Origin: Isoptericola halotolerans
GTDB taxonomy: Bacteria; Actinomycetota; Actinomycetes; Actinomycetales; Cellulomonadaceae
Direction: 5' to 3'
DNA: 64,000 bases
Assembly: GCF_013149785.1 (NCBI RefSeq)
Contig: NZ_JABEZU010000001.1
Span: 620,001-684,000, forward strand
The position numbers and the translations under genes were made by a program. Under the pieces are notes generated by a model that was not told the origin of the DNA, ran no database searches, and saw nothing but the letters and a program-made list of their open reading frames with translations. This document shows positions 8,925 through 17,999 of the stretch, in pieces. Position 1 is the first letter of the stretch. Every line of letters starts with the position of its first letter.

Positions 8925-10268
8925 ATGACGTCTCCCCCCTTCGCCGCCCCGGCCACCGAGGCCGGTCCCACGCCGGCACCCCGCCGGACGCGCCGCCGGT
9001 ACGCCGTCGTCGGCACCGGGCACCGAGCCCGCCTCTACACCGACGCGATGACGGGCGAGCACGCCGACGTCGCTGACCTGGTCGCGCTGTGCGACACCAA
9101 CCCCGTCCGTCTCGCCTTCCACACCGAGCGGGCGCGGCGCGCCGGGGCGGACGTGCCGGCCGGCTATGACGCGCACGACGTCGGCCGCATGCTCGACGAG
9201 GTCCGGCCCGACGTCGTCGTGGTCTCCTCGCCCGACCGGATGCACGCCGAGCACGTGGCCGCCGCGCTGCACCACGGGGCGGACGTCGTCGTCGAGAAGC
9301 CGCTGACCATCGACGCCGCCGGGATGTACACGATCCTGGCCGCCGCCCGCACCAGCGGTCGCCAGGTCACGGTGGCGCACAACTACCGGTACGCGCCCCG
9401 GAACGCCGCGCTGCGCCAGGTCGTCGCCGACGGTCGCATCGGCGACGTCGTCTCGGTGCACTTCGAGTGGCTCCTCGACACCGCCCACGGCGCCGACTAC
9501 TTCCGTCGTTGGCACCGGGACAAGGCCACCTCCGGCGGGCTGCTGGTGCACAAGGCCAGCCACCACTTCGACCTGGTCGGCTGGTGGACGCAGGACGTCC
9601 CCGAGTCGGTCTACGCCCGGGGCGGGCTGCGGTTCTACGGCGAGGCCGCCGGCGACGGCGGGCCTCGCTACGCCCTCGACCTCGCCGCCGACCCGGAGCT
9701 GGCGTCCCTCTACGCAGGTGACGCGGCCACCGACGGGTACCGGCGCGACCGGGACCCCTTCAGCCCGGGGGCCACGATCGAGGACACCCTCAGCCTGCTG
9801 GTGGGCTACCGGTCGGGCGCGTCGATGACGTACTCGCTCACCGCGCACAGCCCGTGGGAGGGGTACCGGGTGGCGATCAACGGCACCCGCGGTCGGGCCG
9901 AGCTGGACGTCGTCGAACGGTGCCACACCACGGAGGGCCTGCCCGGAGCACGGCCCGACGACGGCGCCTCCGCCTGCTGCGAGGTGCGGCGCGGCGGCGG
10001 GCGGCTCGTGGTGCAGGAGCACTGGGGGCGTGCGGTCGAGGTGCCGCTGGTGGGGTCGGCCGGCCACGGTGAGGGGGACGCCGCGATGCTGCACGACGTG
10101 CTCCGTGACCACCTGCCGCCGTCGGAGGGTGGCCCCGTGGCCGACCCGCTCGGCCGCCGCGCCGGGGTGGTCGACGGGCTGCGCGCGGTGGCCGTCGGCG
10201 TGGCGGGCAACCGGTCGCTGGCGACCGGTCAGGTGGTACCGGTGGCCAGCCTCGGCATCCCTCTGTAG
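8925..10268 (+). CDS. Gfo/Idh/MocA-family oxidoreductase (YteT-like), paralog 2
   Basis: SD GAGGAG; YAVVGTGHRA, VEKP, DYFRRWHR, HKASHHFD; colinear with paralog 1. Confidence 0.9.
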   Translation: MTSPPFAAPATEAGPTPAPRRTRRRYAVVGTGHRARLYTDAMTGEHADVADLVALCDTNPVRLAFHTERARRAGADVPAGYDAHDVGRMLDEVRPDVVVVSSPDRMHAEHVAAALHHGADVVVEKPLTIDAAGMYTILAAARTSGRQVTVAHNYRYAPRNAALRQVVADGRIGDVVSVHFEWLLDTAHGADYFRRWHRDKATSGGLLVHKASHHFDLVGWWTQDVPESVYARGGLRFYGEAAGDGGPRYALDLAADPELASLYAGDAATDGYRRDRDPFSPGATIEDTLSLLVGYRSGASMTYSLTAHSPWEGYRVAINGTRGRAELDVVERCHTTEGLPGARPDDGASACCEVRRGGGRLVVQEHWGRAVEVPLVGSAGHGEGDAAMLHDVLRDHLPPSEGGPVADPLGRRAGVVDGLRAVAVGVAGNRSLATGQVVPVASLGIPL

Positions 10269-10295
10269 GCGCCGATCGCGTCCGGCGGGCCGGGG

Positions 10296-11027
10296 TCAGG
10301 TCCTGCCGCGGCTTCTGAGCAGCAACACAGCGGCGGCGGCGACGAGCAGAGCACCGCCGACGGCCAGGGCGAGGCCGGTCGACGCCCGCTCCGACACACC
10401 GGCAGCACCGTCGGCATCAGCGGGTTCGTCCTGATGGTCCGCCTCGAGCTCTGCCCACTGTGCGGTCTTGAGGTCGCGCAGGGTCTGGACGTCGATCTCC
10501 CCGGATCCGATGAGGTCCGCCGCCTCCTCGCTCAGCGCCCGGACGGTCGTCAGCTCGGCCGAGGCCGCGTAGGCCTCGCCGAACCTGCCGTCGGTGAGGA
10601 GCACCTGACCCGGCTCCATCGCGGCGATGGCGTCGACCTCCTCGGGGGCGAACCCCCCGTACCCGCCGAACGCGCCGTCTTCCTCGATGATGAGAGTCGA
10701 TTCCGGCGTCCCGTCGAGCAGGTCGACCGTGATGTAGAAGGGTGGGAGGTCGTCGAAGTCGCTCTCCGTCAGAGTGGCCCCTGCGGAGCCTGGCGCCAGG
10801 TCGAGGTAGGCGTACCGGTGCACGTCGTCGAAGGTGCGCACCGCCCCGTGCGCGGTACCTGACGGCAGCTCCTGATCGTGCTCCGCCAGCCACGCCAACC
10901 CCGCGCCGCCGGGCTGCAGGCTCTCGAGGACCGCGTCGGGCACGTCGCCCGTCGCCGCGAGCGACAGCGGCAGCGTGTGGAGATCGGCCGCGAGCACGAG
11001 CGCGCCGCCTGCGAGGACGTTCCCCAT
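10296..11027 (-). CDS. Hypothetical acidic protein with C-terminal membrane anchor
   Basis: SD GAGGAG + ATG; ends GLALAVGGALLVAAAAVLLLRSRGRT. Confidence 0.65.
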   Translation of the reverse strand: MGNVLAGGALVLAADLHTLPLSLAATGDVPDAVLESLQPGGAGLAWLAEHDQELPSGTAHGAVRTFDDVHRYAYLDLAPGSAGATLTESDFDDLPPFYITVDLLDGTPESTLIIEEDGAFGGYGGFAPEEVDAIAAMEPGQVLLTDGRFGEAYAASAELTTVRALSEEAADLIGSGEIDVQTLRDLKTAQWAELEADHQDEPADADGAAGVSERASTGLALAVGGALLVAAAAVLLLRSRGRT

Positions 11028-11117
11028 GCCACGAGCTCCTCGCCGGGTCGGTGGCCGGCACCGGTGCCGACCTGTGCCGGGAACCTAGCAGGGCCGGGCC
11101 CAGGGAAGGCTGCACGC

Positions 11118-12278
11118 TCAACGAGCCCAGGGTGCCCCGAGCTCCGAGAACGTCCGCTGGGTCCGTGCGACCTGCTCGCACCACGTCTCGACGTCCTGGA
11201 CGACGGGACGCCGCGTGTCGCCGTCGCCGGCCCAGGTGACGGCGTCGGCCGGGACGGGTCGTGGGTCAGGTCCCGTGCGCACGGCCTCGAGCACCCGCAT
11301 GAAGGCACCGGTGTCGCGGACGTCGCACAGCAGCGTGCGCCCCGTGTCACCGGTGGCCCGGGCGGTGCGCACGTCCAGCAGGTCCTCCAGCAGGGGCGTG
11401 CGGCCGTACGTCTTGTCCATCGTCACCTTCTCGGTGCGCAGCACGAGCCGGTCGTGCTCGTACTGCAGCTCGATCTCGCCCAGGGTGCCGAGCACGAGCA
11501 CGTGGGCGGTGCCCCGCTCGGCGGCGCACAGGGTCAGTCCGAACCCGTAGCGGGTCCCGTCGGTCGCCGTGACCCGGACCGACGAGGTGTCGTCCGCCTC
11601 GATAGGGTTCGCCCGGTACAGGTCCGTGTCCACCCAGGCCACGTCCTCGGCGCGGGTCGCACCACCGATCCGCAGCGTCGTCGCCACGGCGTGCGCGAGC
11701 GGGTTCGTCACGACGCCGTCGACGACGTCGCGCCCGTCGAGCCGCCGTCGTCCCGCCCAGGGGGCGCGCGCCCAGTACGCGGCGTCGCGCACCCAGGTGC
11801 CCACGGCGCCGTAGCCGATCACCTCGCCGATCTCGCCGCGGGCGACGAGCTCGGCGACGGCGTCGAGCGCGTGCGACCCGAACGTCTGGAAGCCGACCTG
11901 GCAGAGCCGGCCCGTCCGGTCGCTGATCGTCACCAGCTCGGTCAGCTCGGCGAGCGACGCCGTCGTGGGCTTCTCCAGCAGCACGTCCATCCCGGCCTCC
12001 ATCGCGGCCTTGGCCAGCGGCAGGTGCGTCGGGATCGGGGTGCAGAGCACGACGACGTCGGGGCGGACGTCCGGGTCGGGGGAGGACAGCAAGTCGCCGA
12101 GGGTCGGGAACCACGGGGTCCTCGTGCCGTACGCCGTGTGACCCTCGGCGGGCTCGCGCGGGTCGACGACGGCGCACAGGCGTGCCCGCCGGCCGTCCGT
12201 GCCGAGCTCCAGCGCGTGCTGCACGTGCTTCTCGCCGTGGCCGTGGATGCCGACGACGGCGATGCGGGCGTTCGTCAT
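11118..12278 (-). CDS. Gfo/Idh/MocA-family oxidoreductase
   Basis: IAVVGIHGHG, LCTPIPTH, LLEKP, VGFQ, DGVVTNPLAHA. Confidence 0.9.
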   Translation of the reverse strand: MTNARIAVVGIHGHGEKHVQHALELGTDGRRARLCAVVDPREPAEGHTAYGTRTPWFPTLGDLLSSPDPDVRPDVVVLCTPIPTHLPLAKAAMEAGMDVLLEKPTTASLAELTELVTISDRTGRLCQVGFQTFGSHALDAVAELVARGEIGEVIGYGAVGTWVRDAAYWARAPWAGRRRLDGRDVVDGVVTNPLAHAVATTLRIGGATRAEDVAWVDTDLYRANPIEADDTSSVRVTATDGTRYGFGLTLCAAERGTAHVLVLGTLGEIELQYEHDRLVLRTEKVTMDKTYGRTPLLEDLLDVRTARATGDTGRTLLCDVRDTGAFMRVLEAVRTGPDPRPVPADAVTWAGDGDTRRPVVQDVETWCEQVARTQRTFSELGAPWAR

Positions 12279-12336
12279 GGAGCTCTCCGTGAGTGAGGGG
12301 GGTCGTGCCGCCGGGGTCGTCAGCAGAGGCAGGTCG

Positions 12337-14304
12337 TCAGCGCAGACCGGTGGCGAGCGTGGCGGCCTCGGTGGCGTCGAGCTCGCGGTCGAACATCGCC
12401 GCGACGAGCCCCGTCTCGACCGTGCCGCCGGCGGGGACCGTCAGGGGCGAGTTCCACGCGAGCGCCGGGCAGGCGCCCGGGTACTCCTCGGAGCGCAGGA
12501 ACCAGTGGCGGGCGGGCGAGGTCTGGGCGAGCAGCGTCGTCGTCGACCGCTCGCCGCCCCGGGCGTCACGGTGGCGCTGGACGAACGCGACCCAGGGTGA
12601 CGTCGAACCATGGGCCAGGTCCTGCCCCTCGCCGTCGGCGGAGAGCACGCGGGTGGACGCCGCGATCGGCAGCCGCCAGAACACCCCGCCGTACCCGGCA
12701 CCCGGGCGGCCGTTGGTGGCGGGGGACCGGATCTCCAACGGGCCGTGCGCGGCGTGCAGCGTGGAGCGCCACTTGAGCGCCCAGCCGTCGTCGAGCAGGC
12801 GGGCGCCGATGCGGCGTCGTTCGTCGAGCTGGGGCGCGCCGTGCTCGTCGGTCCACAGCACGGTGTCCAGCAGCAGGTGCGGGGACAGGGGGTCGACGAG
12901 CGTGCCCGTCGACGTCTGCCGGCCGTGGTTCGGCAGGAGCGTCGGGCCGACGTCGGTCACGAACGTGCGCCCGCCCCAGTGGCTCGTGCCGTTGACGTCC
13001 GCGACGGCGATGCTCACGCCGTAGTGGTGGCGATGGTCGACGGGCCCCGACTCGGTCAGGGGCACCCCGGCCAGGGAGTGGACGGGGTGCAGGAACGGGC
13101 GCGGCGAGTGGATCGTGGGCAGGCCGACCCCCGACTCGTAGCGGGACAGCGCGACGCGGTCGGCCGCCCGGCGCAGGACCGGGACACCGTTCTCGACGGT
13201 CCAGGCCGGTGCCTGCTCCGTCTCCTCGTCCGGGGCGTCGTACGCCGTCGGGGCGGTCGACGCCTCCACCGAGGGCTCGGTGCGGACGGGGCTGCGAGGG
13301 ACGGGGCCGGTGCTGGCCCGGACCTCGAGCCGGACGCCGAACCGCGTGGTCTCGGCGGCGCTCGCGGTGTTGTCGATCACGGCGTGCAGTTCCCTCCAGG
13401 CATGCCGTCCCAGGTCCTCCTGGGGAACGGCGACGGTGGTCAGTCCCGGCGTGGCGTACCGGGCGAGCTCGATGTCGTCGAAGCCGCACACGGAGATGTC
13501 CGTGGGGACGGCCACGCCCGCCTCGTTGAGCGCTGCGAGCAGCCCGAACGAGACGAGGTCGTTGAAGGCGACCGCGGCGGTGACCCGGCTGGCCAGCACG
13601 GCGGGCGCGGCGGCGTGGCCGGCTGCGATGTCGGAACCGGCGGCGATGTCGACGATCTCCAGGTCGGTGTGCCGCTCGCCGCACAGAGTGAGCCCTCGCC
13701 GTCGCGCACCGTCCGAGACGGACGCCGCGGGGCCCGAGAGGTAGGCGATGCGGCGGTGCCCGAGCCCGACCAGGTGCTCGATGACCTGCACCGTGGCGTC
13801 GGCGTAGTCCACGACGAGGCTCGGCGTGCCGCCCGCGACCTCCCGGTTGATGACGACGGCGGGGGAGACCTCGGGCAGGAGTGCGTCGAGGGCGGCGTCG
13901 GGCATCCGCGGGGAGACGAGGATGAGGGCGTCGCAGCGGTGGCGGGCCTCGCGGGCGATGGCCGCCTCCGCGCTCGGGTCCTCCGCAGAGTCGGCCACCA
14001 GCACGCGGTACCCGTCCTCGCCGGCGGCCGAGGAGACGCCCCCGAGGATCTGCTGGAACACGGGGTTGCCGAGGTCGGGGACGACGAGGGCGACCGTCGT
14101 GGTCCGTCCCAGCGACAGGCTGCGGGCGACGTTGCTCGGCCGGTAGGACAGCTCGATGGCGACCTCCTGCACGCGGGCCGAGATCCCGGGGTCGACCGTG
14201 CTGCGACCGTTCATCACGCGGGAGACCGTCGCACGGGAGACGCCGGCCGCTCTCGCGACATCGGCGATCGTCACCGCGGGACGGCGTGTCTTCGCGTCGG
14301 GCAT
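12337..14304 (-). CDS. LacI-family repressor fused to a C-terminal PmoA/DUF6807-like domain
   Basis: TIADVARAAGVSRATVSRV HTH, YRPSNVARSL, FNDLV, GFDDI, LTTV; after a linker PRPFLHPVHSLAG, PVDHRHHYG, GAGYGGVFWR. Confidence 0.85.
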   Translation of the reverse strand: MPDAKTRRPAVTIADVARAAGVSRATVSRVMNGRSTVDPGISARVQEVAIELSYRPSNVARSLSLGRTTTVALVVPDLGNPVFQQILGGVSSAAGEDGYRVLVADSAEDPSAEAAIAREARHRCDALILVSPRMPDAALDALLPEVSPAVVINREVAGGTPSLVVDYADATVQVIEHLVGLGHRRIAYLSGPAASVSDGARRRGLTLCGERHTDLEIVDIAAGSDIAAGHAAAPAVLASRVTAAVAFNDLVSFGLLAALNEAGVAVPTDISVCGFDDIELARYATPGLTTVAVPQEDLGRHAWRELHAVIDNTASAAETTRFGVRLEVRASTGPVPRSPVRTEPSVEASTAPTAYDAPDEETEQAPAWTVENGVPVLRRAADRVALSRYESGVGLPTIHSPRPFLHPVHSLAGVPLTESGPVDHRHHYGVSIAVADVNGTSHWGGRTFVTDVGPTLLPNHGRQTSTGTLVDPLSPHLLLDTVLWTDEHGAPQLDERRRIGARLLDDGWALKWRSTLHAAHGPLEIRSPATNGRPGAGYGGVFWRLPIAASTRVLSADGEGQDLAHGSTSPWVAFVQRHRDARGGERSTTTLLAQTSPARHWFLRSEEYPGACPALAWNSPLTVPAGGTVETGLVAAMFDRELDATEAATLATGLR

Positions 14305-14321
14305 CGTTGCCTCCGTCCTCG

Positions 14322-14360
14322 CGTCACGCGCAGATCACGCGTGGATCACGTTCTGATCAC
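14322..14360. repeat. Four 11-bp-phased direct repeats (GATCAC)
   Basis: CGTCAC 14322, GATCAC 14333, 14344, 14355. Confidence 0.6.
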
Positions 14361-14407
14361 TGCCGGCGCCCTGACGGGGGGCCGGTCCAGAAGATGACGG
14401 TACACCA

Positions 14408-14458
14408 TGGGAAACCGGTTCCTACTGTGATACCTTCCTCAGCAGCAACCGGTTTCCC
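14408..14458. promoter_or_regulatory. Two LacI-type operators flanking an extended -10 (TG-A-TACCTT) of the ABC operon
   Basis: TGGGAAACCGGTTCCTA 14408-14424 and GCAACCGGTTTCCC 14445-14458, between divergent lacI and ABC genes. Confidence 0.75.
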
Positions 14459-14554
14459 GGCCTGGAGCACCCGCTCCGACCGGCAGCCGCGATCGACGAC
14501 GATCAGGAGGACGACGATGGTGTCCACCCCTGCACGGCACGGGGAGGTGCGGTC

Positions 14555-15478
14555 ATGGCGATGATTCAGGAGGTCGCCAAGACCCGGCACGCCAGCCGTG
14601 AGACCCGCAAGGGCGACGGCAAGGCAGCCGCCGTGTTCCTCGCGCCCTGGTTCATCGGGCTGGGCCTCATCACGGCCTTCCCGCTGCTGGCCTCGCTGTA
14701 CCTGTCCTTCACGGACTACAGCCTGCTCGAGCCCCCGAACTGGGTCGGCATCGAGAACTACCAGCGGATGTTCGAGGACGCCCGGTGGATCCAGTCCCTC
14801 GGGGTGACGTTCCGGTACGTGTTCTTCTCGGTGCCGCTGCAGCTCGCGATGGCCCTCATGCTCGCCATGGCGCTCGACAAGGGGCTGCGCGGGCTGGCGT
14901 TCTACCGGTCGATCTACTACCTGCCCTCCCTGCTGGGCGGCTCGGTGGCGATCGCGCTGCTGTGGCGCCAGGTGTTCGGCGCCGACGGCCTGGTGAACCA
15001 GTTCCTCGCGTACTTCGGGATCCAGGGCTACGGCTGGGTGTCCCACCCGGACTACGCCCTCGGCACCCTGATGATCCTCAACGTGTGGACCTTCGGCGCG
15101 CCGATGGTGATCTTCCTGGCCGGCCTGCGGCAGGTGCCGACCATGTACTACGAGGCGGCGTCCATCGACGGGGCCAGCAAGGTGCGCCAGTTCTTCAGCA
15201 TCACGATCCCGCTGCTGTCACCGATCATCTTCTTCAACCTGGTGCTGCAGCTCATCGGTGCCTTCCAGGCGTTCACCCAGGCGTTCGTCGTCTCCGGCGG
15301 GACCGGTGGCCCCATCGACTCCACGCTCTTCTACACGCTGTACCTCTACCAGCAGGGGTTCAAGTCCTTCGACATGGGGTACGCCTCCGCGATGGCCTGG
15401 TTCCTGCTCCTCATCGTCGCCTGCCTGACGGCGGTCAACTTCTTCGCCTCCAAGTACTGGGTCTTCTACGATGACTGA
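14555..15478 (+). CDS. Carbohydrate ABC transporter permease (YesP-like)
   Basis: FLAPWFIG, EAA motif YYEAASIDGA, MGYASAMAW. Confidence 0.93.
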   Translation: MAMIQEVAKTRHASRETRKGDGKAAAVFLAPWFIGLGLITAFPLLASLYLSFTDYSLLEPPNWVGIENYQRMFEDARWIQSLGVTFRYVFFSVPLQLAMALMLAMALDKGLRGLAFYRSIYYLPSLLGGSVAIALLWRQVFGADGLVNQFLAYFGIQGYGWVSHPDYALGTLMILNVWTFGAPMVIFLAGLRQVPTMYYEAASIDGASKVRQFFSITIPLLSPIIFFNLVLQLIGAFQAFTQAFVVSGGTGGPIDSTLFYTLYLYQQGFKSFDMGYASAMAWFLLLIVACLTAVNFFASKYWVFYDD

Positions 15479-16430
15479 CACGCCGGTGCGCCCCGACGCA
15501 CACACCGAGACCACCACGACCACCGCGCAGCGCATCCGTCCCGAGCGCACGCTGTCCGAGGTCGCCGCCGAGGTCCCCGACGTCCGGCGCAAGCGCAGGG
15601 TCGGACCGCGCACGCGGCGCCTGATCAAGCACCTGCTGCTCATCGGGTTCGGGCTGATCATGCTCTACCCGCTGCTGTGGATGCTCTCCAGCTCGTTCAA
15701 GCCCAACGAGATCATCTTCCGCGAGCCGGGCCTGATCCCCAGCGAGATCGACCTCACGAACTACACCGCGGGCTGGAACGCGCTGCTGCACCCCTTCAGC
15801 CACTACCTGATGAACTCGGCGATCGTGGTGATGGGCAGCGTGCTGGGGAACCTGATCTCCTGCTCGATGGCGGCCTACGCGTTCGCGCGGCTCAAGTTCC
15901 GGGGCCGGCCGCTCTGGTTCGCCATCATGCTCATGACGATCATGCTGCCGATCCACGTCATCATCGTGCCGCAGTACATCCTGTTCTCCCAGCTCGAGTG
16001 GATCAACACGTTCCTGCCGCTGATCGTGCCCAAGCTGCTGGCCACGGACGCGTTCTTCATCTTCCTCATGGTCCAGTTCTTCCGGGGACTGCCCAAGGAG
16101 CTCGACGAGGCCGCGCGCCTGGACGGCTGCGGGCACGGGCGCATCTTCCTGCGGATCATGCTGCCGCTGTCCCTGCCGGCGCTCGCCACCACGGCGATCT
16201 TCACGTTCATCTGGACGTGGAACGACTTCTTCAGCCAGCTCATCTTCCTGACCCGGCCGGACATGTACACGGTCCCGATCGCGCTGCGGACGTTCCTGGA
16301 CGCCACGAGCAACAGCTCGTGGGGCCCGCTGTTCGCCATGTCGATCGTGTCCCTGATCCCCATCTTCTTCGTCTTCCTCTTCGGCCAGAAGTACCTGGTC
16401 AAGGGGATCGCGACGACCGGCATCAAGTAG
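15471..16430 (+). CDS. Carbohydrate ABC transporter permease (YesQ-like)
   Basis: AAYAFARLKFRG, ELDEAARLDGC, WNDFF; overlaps the previous stop. Confidence 0.93.
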   Translation: MTDTPVRPDAHTETTTTTAQRIRPERTLSEVAAEVPDVRRKRRVGPRTRRLIKHLLLIGFGLIMLYPLLWMLSSSFKPNEIIFREPGLIPSEIDLTNYTAGWNALLHPFSHYLMNSAIVVMGSVLGNLISCSMAAYAFARLKFRGRPLWFAIMLMTIMLPIHVIIVPQYILFSQLEWINTFLPLIVPKLLATDAFFIFLMVQFFRGLPKELDEAARLDGCGHGRIFLRIMLPLSLPALATTAIFTFIWTWNDFFSQLIFLTRPDMYTVPIALRTFLDATSNSSWGPLFAMSIVSLIPIFFVFLFGQKYLVKGIATTGIK

Positions 16431-16442
16431 CCGCTCCACCAC

Positions 16443-16466
16443 CCGGACCCCGACGGCGGGGTCCGG
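16443..16466 (+). other. Intercistronic stem-loop before the solute-binding protein gene
   Basis: CCGGACCCCG-ACGG-CGGGGTCCGG. Confidence 0.5.
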
Positions 16467-16515
16467 TGCTCGATGACAACGACGACGTTCTCGTCACGCA
16501 CACACAAGGAGAATC

Positions 16516-17853
16516 ATGCGAGCCACGACCACACGGCGGGGACGCTCCCGCGCCGCGTTCATCGCCTTCACCGCCGCCGGCGCCCTGGCGCTGGGTGCCT
16601 GCTCCGGGGACTCGGGCGTCCCCGGCGAGGCCGGTGAGACCGAGGCCTCCGAGGAGGGTGGCGACGGGGACGTCTCGATCCGCTTCTCCTGGTGGGGCTC
16701 GGACGACCGGCACCAGACCACCCAGGAGATCATCGACCTGTTCGAGGAGAAGAACCCGGGCATCACGGTGGTCCCGGACTTCACCGACTGGGGCGGCTAC
16801 TGGGACAAGCTGGCCACGACGGTGGCGGGCGGGGACACCCCCGACGTCATCACGCACGAGGAGCGGTTCATCGCCGACTACGCGAACCGCGGGGTGCTGG
16901 CGGACCTCGAGTCCCTGGACATCGACACCTCGGAGATCCCCGAGACCGTCCTCGACGGCGGGCGGGTCGACGGCGCCCTCTACGGCCTGGCCACCGGCGT
17001 CAACGCCTACGCGATGGTCGCGGACCCCGAGGTCTTCGCCGACGCGGGCGTCGACGTCCCCGACGACACGACGTGGACGTGGGAGGAGTTCGTCGAGGTC
17101 TCGGGCCAGATCTCGGAGGCCGCCGGTGACGGCGTCTGGGGCACCCAGGACCTCGGCTTCAACGAGGCCGGCCTGAGCATCCTCGCCCGGCAGAAGGGTC
17201 AGGCCCTCTTCAACGAGGACGGCACGCTCGGTGTCGACGCCGAGACGGTCTCGCAGTTCTTCCAGATCGGCCTGGACCTGCAGGAGAACGGCGGCTCCCC
17301 GGACGGCTCGCGCACCACGGAGATCCAGGCGGCCGGCCCCGAGGGCTCGCTGCTGGGCACCAACTCCGGCGCCATGGGCGTCTGGTGGTCGAACCAGCTC
17401 GGCGCGCTGAGCTCGGCCTCGGGCCACGACCTCGAGCTGCTGCGCATCCCCGGCGAGACCGAGTTCGACCGCACCGGGATGTACTTCAAGCCCGCGATGT
17501 TCTACTCGGTCTCGGCGACCACCGAGCACCCGGAGGAGTCGGCGCTGTTCGTGGACTTCCTGCTCAACGACCCCGAGGCCGCCGCGCTGCAGCTCACCGA
17601 CCGCGGCCTGCCGTCGAACCTGTCGGTCCGCGAGTCGATCCTGGGTGACCTCGAGGCCGCCGACGCCAAGGTCGCGGAGTTCATGGCCGCGCTCGACGAG
17701 GAGATCGTGGACGCCCCGCCGGTGCCGCCGAACGGTGCCGGTGACGTCCAGGACATCATCACCCGCATCAACTCCGAGGTGCTCTTCGGCTCCATGACCC
17801 CGGACGAGGCCGCCGAGGCGTTCCTCTCCGAGGTCGAGGCAGCCACCTCCTGA
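16516..17853 (+). CDS. ABC transporter sugar-binding lipoprotein (YesO-like)
   Basis: SD AAGGAG; lipobox LGAC; RFSWWGSDDRH, YWDKLAT. Confidence 0.92.
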   Translation: MRATTTRRGRSRAAFIAFTAAGALALGACSGDSGVPGEAGETEASEEGGDGDVSIRFSWWGSDDRHQTTQEIIDLFEEKNPGITVVPDFTDWGGYWDKLATTVAGGDTPDVITHEERFIADYANRGVLADLESLDIDTSEIPETVLDGGRVDGALYGLATGVNAYAMVADPEVFADAGVDVPDDTTWTWEEFVEVSGQISEAAGDGVWGTQDLGFNEAGLSILARQKGQALFNEDGTLGVDAETVSQFFQIGLDLQENGGSPDGSRTTEIQAAGPEGSLLGTNSGAMGVWWSNQLGALSSASGHDLELLRIPGETEFDRTGMYFKPAMFYSVSATTEHPEESALFVDFLLNDPEAAALQLTDRGLPSNLSVRESILGDLEAADAKVAEFMAALDEEIVDAPPVPPNGAGDVQDIITRINSEVLFGSMTPDEAAEAFLSEVEAATS

Positions 17854-17901
17854 GCCGCCTCGGTCCCGAGCCGATGCCACGGCTCACCTGACCCGAAGGG
17901 T

Positions 17902-17970
17902 GCGGGGCCGCCGACCGGAACCTCCGGCGGCCCCGTGCCCGACGGTCCCCGCCCCGTCGGCCGACGGGGC
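17902..17970 (+). other. Two stem-loops downstream of the SBP gene (mRNA stabiliser or partial terminator)
   Basis: GCGGGGCCGCCG...CGGCGGCCCCGT and perfect GCCCCGTCGG|CCGACGGGGC (17951-17970). Confidence 0.5.
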
Positions 17971-17999
17971 CTTCGCCCTGTGGAGGACGGAAGAACCCG

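Noticed and set aside
12337..13200. Methane monooxygenase function for the PmoA-named domain
   Set aside because: Domain is soluble with no TM helices and sits in a sugar locus; the family name is misleading
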